From Heterodontus francisci (Eukaryota): DNA of 64,000 nucleotides. Positions within the stretch are counted from its first letter, which is position 1. Every line of letters begins with the position of its first letter. Position numbers and translations under genes: made by a program. Below are positions 61,450 through 64,000 of the stretch, piece after piece. The DNA lies in assembly GCF_036365525.1 (NCBI RefSeq), contig NC_090407.1, positions 25,448,084-25,512,083 on the forward strand, read 5' to 3'. Under the pieces are notes generated by a model. That model was not told where the DNA came from, made no database searches, and saw only the letters and a list, made by a program, of their open reading frames with translations.

Positions 61450-64000
61450 TTCTTCTTTCTTTGGGCCTCCTTATCTCAAGAGACAATGGATACGCGCCTG
61501 GAGGTGGTCAGTGGTTTGTGAAGCAGCGCCTGGAGTGGCTATAAAGGCCAATTCTGGAGTGACAGGCTCTTCCACAGGTGCTGCAGAGAAATTTGTTTGT
61601 CGGGGCTGTTGCACAGTTGGCTCTCCCCTTGCGCCTCTGTCTTTTTTCCTGCCAACTACTAAGTCTCTTCGACTCGCCACAATTTAGCCCTGTCTTTATG
61701 GCTGCCCGCCAGCTCTGGCGAATGCTGGCAACTGACTCCCACGACTTGTGATCAATGTCACACGATTTCATGTCGCGTTTGCAGACGTCTTTATAGCGGA
61801 GACATGGACGGCCGGTGGGTCTGATACCAGTGGCGAGCTCGCTGTACAATGTGTCTTTGGGGATCCTGCCATCTTCCATGCGGCTCACATGGCCAAGCCA
61901 TCTCAAGCGCCGCTGACTCAGTAGTGTGTATAAGCTGGGGGTGTTGGCCGCTTCAAGGACTTCTGTGTTGGAGATATAGTCCTGCCACCTGATGCCAAGT
62001 ATTCTCCGAAGGCCGCGAAGATGGAATGAATTGAGACGTCGCTCTTGGCTGGCATACGTTGTCCAGGCCTCGCTGCCGTAGAGCAAGATACTGAGGACAC
62101 AGGCCTGATACACTCGGACTTTTGTGTTCCGTGTCAGTGCGCCATTTTCCCACACTCTCTTGGCCAGTCTGGACATAGCAGTGGAAGCCTTACCCATGCA
62201 CTTGTTGATTTCTGCATCTAGAGACAGGTTACTGGTGATAGTTGAGCCTAGGTAGGTGAACTCTTGAACCATTTCCAGAGCGTGATCGCCAATATTGATG
62301 GATGGAGCATTTCTGACGTCCTGCCCCATGATGTTTGTTTTCTTGAGGCTGATGGTTAGGCCAAATTCTTTGCAGGCAGCCGCAAACCTGTCGATGAGAC
62401 TCTGCAGGCACTCTTCAGTGTGAGATGTTAAAGCAGCATCGTCAGCAAAGAGGAGTTCTCTGATGAGGACTTTCCGTACTTTGGACTTCGCTCTTAGACG
62501 GGCAAGGTTGAACAACCTGCCCCCTGATCTTGTGTGGAGGAAAATTCCTTCTTCAGAGGATTTGAACGCATGTGAAAGCAGCAGGCAGAAGAAAATCCCA
62601 AAAAGTGTGGGTGCGAGAACACAGCCCTGTTTCACACCACTCAGGATAGGAAAGGGCTCTGATGAGGAGCCACCATGTTGAATTGTGCCTTTCATATTGT
62701 CATGGAATGAGGTGATGATACTTAGTAGCTTTGGTGGACATCCGATCTTTTCTAGTAGTCTGAAGAGACCACGTCTGCTGACGAGGTCAAAGGCTTTGGT
62801 GAGATCAATGAAAGCAATGTAGAGGGGCATCTGTTGTTCACGGCATTTCTCCTGTATCTGACGAAGGGAGAACAGCATGTCAATGGTTGATCTCTCTGCA
62901 CGAAAGCCACACTGTGCCTCAGGGTAGACGCGCTCGGCCAGCTTCTGGAGCCTGTTCAGAGCGACTCGAGCAAAGACTTTCCCCACTATGCTGAGCAGGG
63001 AGATTCCACGGTAGTTGTTGCAGTCACCGCGGTCACCTTTGTTTTTATAGAGGGTGATGATATTGGCATCGCGTATGTCCTGGGGTACTGCTCCCTCGTC
63101 CCAGCACAGGCATAGCAGTTCATGTAGTGCTGAGAGTATAGCAGGCTTGGCACTCTTGATTATTTCAGGGGTAATGCTGTCCTTCCCAGGGGCTTTTCCG
63201 CTGGCTAGAGAATCAATGGCATCACTGAGTTCCGATTTGGTTGGCTGTATGTCCAGCTCATCCATGACTGGTAGAGGCTGGGCTGCATTGAGGGCAGTCT
63301 CAGTGACAGCATTCTCCCTGGAGTACAGTTCTAGGTAGTGCTCAACCCAGCGGTCCATCTGTTTGTGTTGGTCAGTGATTATGTCCCCCGATTTAGATTT
63401 GAGGGGGGCGATCTTCTTGATGGTTGGCCCAAGAGCTCTCTTCATGCCATCATACATTCCTCTGATGTTTCCGGTGTCTGAGGCCAGCTGAATATGACTG
63501 CATAGGTGTTGCCAGTAGTCGTTTGCGCAACGCCTAGCTGTTCTTTGTGCAGTACTTCTGGCTGCTTTAAGTGCTGCGGATGTTAAATCGCTGGGGGCTT
63601 TCTTGTAGTTCAACAGTGCAATGCGCTTAGCGGCAATGACAGGTTCCAGCTGTTCAATGTGAGATTGAAACCAGTCTGCATTTCTCTTCGCATTTTTGCC
63701 GTAGGTGGTCAAAGCTGACTCATAGATGGCGTCTCTGATGTGGGCCCACTTGGTCTCAGCATCCCCTGTGGGAGTGTTTTGAAGGGCTGTTACAAGTGAA
63801 TTTAGAAATTTTTGTAACAGCTGTGGGTGAGAAATTCTGCTCGTGTTGATGCGCGGGTGGCCCTTCTGCTTGGAATGATGCAACTTCTTTGGTCTGAGTC
63901 TAACCTTGCTGCACACCAGGGAGTGGTCGGTGTCGCAGTCCGCACTGTGGAAGCTGCGTGTGATTTGAACACTGTTTAAGGCGGCTCGCCTTGTGACAAT
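61450..64000 (-). mobile_element. Young RTE-clade LINE, runs off the window
   Basis: Short 3' UTR ending in aaagaaagaagaag; uninterrupted ORF. Confidence 0.95.
61508..64000 (-). CDS. RTE LINE ORF (APE end, RT, C-terminal Cys/His motif), 5'-incomplete
   Basis: Open from 64000 (..DCDTDHSLV..) to stop at 61508; KAPGKD, NYRGISLL, QCGFR, DLTKAFD, GVKQG, LFADD, YLGS, CSTCGRACHSRIGLYSH. Confidence 0.93.
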   Translation of the reverse strand: MVTRRAALNSVQITRSFHSADCDTDHSLVCSKVRLRPKKLHHSKQKGHPRINTSRISHPQLLQKFLNSLVTALQNTPTGDAETKWAHIRDAIYESALTTYGKNAKRNADWFQSHIEQLEPVIAAKRIALLNYKKAPSDLTSAALKAARSTAQRTARRCANDYWQHLCSHIQLASDTGNIRGMYDGMKRALGPTIKKIAPLKSKSGDIITDQHKQMDRWVEHYLELYSRENAVTETALNAAQPLPVMDELDIQPTKSELSDAIDSLASGKAPGKDSITPEIIKSAKPAILSALHELLCLCWDEGAVPQDIRDANIITLYKNKGDRGDCNNYRGISLLSIVGKVFARVALNRLQKLAERVYPEAQCGFRAERSTIDMLFSLRQIQEKCREQQMPLYIAFIDLTKAFDLVSRRGLFRLLEKIGCPPKLLSIITSFHDNMKGTIQHGGSSSEPFPILSGVKQGCVLAPTLFGIFFCLLLSHAFKSSEEGIFLHTRSGGRLFNLARLRAKSKVRKVLIRELLFADDAALTSHTEECLQSLIDRFAAACKEFGLTISLKKTNIMGQDVRNAPSINIGDHALEMVQEFTYLGSTITSNLSLDAEINKCMGKASTAMSRLAKRVWENGALTRNTKVRVYQACVLSILLYGSEAWTTYASQERRLNSFHLRGLRRILGIRWQDYISNTEVLEAANTPSLYTLLSQRRLRWLGHVSRMEDGRIPKDTLYSELATGIRPTGRPCLRYKDVCKRDMKSCDIDHKSWESVASIRQSWRAAIKTGLNCGESKRLSSWQEKRQRRKGRANCATAPTNKFLCSTCGRACHSRIGLYSHSRRCFTNH

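Overview
Vertebrate genomic DNA, most likely from a shark or other cartilaginous fish (HE1/V-SINE, Deu-domain SacSINE1-like SINEs, CR1 LINEs, Penelope elements). Host genes: a complete 3-exon HSPB7 (+, 12777-20721, 172 aa, first intron GC-AG) and the CpG-rich promoter plus first coding exon of PLEKHM2/SKIP (+, 49376-49435). The rest is mostly transposable elements: two full-length degraded two-gene PIF/Harbinger transposons and two non-autonomous relatives (all with readable TIRs and 3-bp TSDs), many CR1 fragments, a young RTE LINE, a LINE with a tRNA-derived head and its derivative SINE, Penelope-like elements with hammerhead-like motifs, and a solo LTR. The most striking observation is the non-repetitive DNA upstream of HSPB7 (about 1-12230, minus strand). 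It carries decayed versions of the conserved motifs of a Mononegavirales-type L polymerase in the correct order, i.e. a probable ancient endogenous negative-strand RNA virus element broken up by later TE insertions. All calls are from manual reading; no database searches were run.
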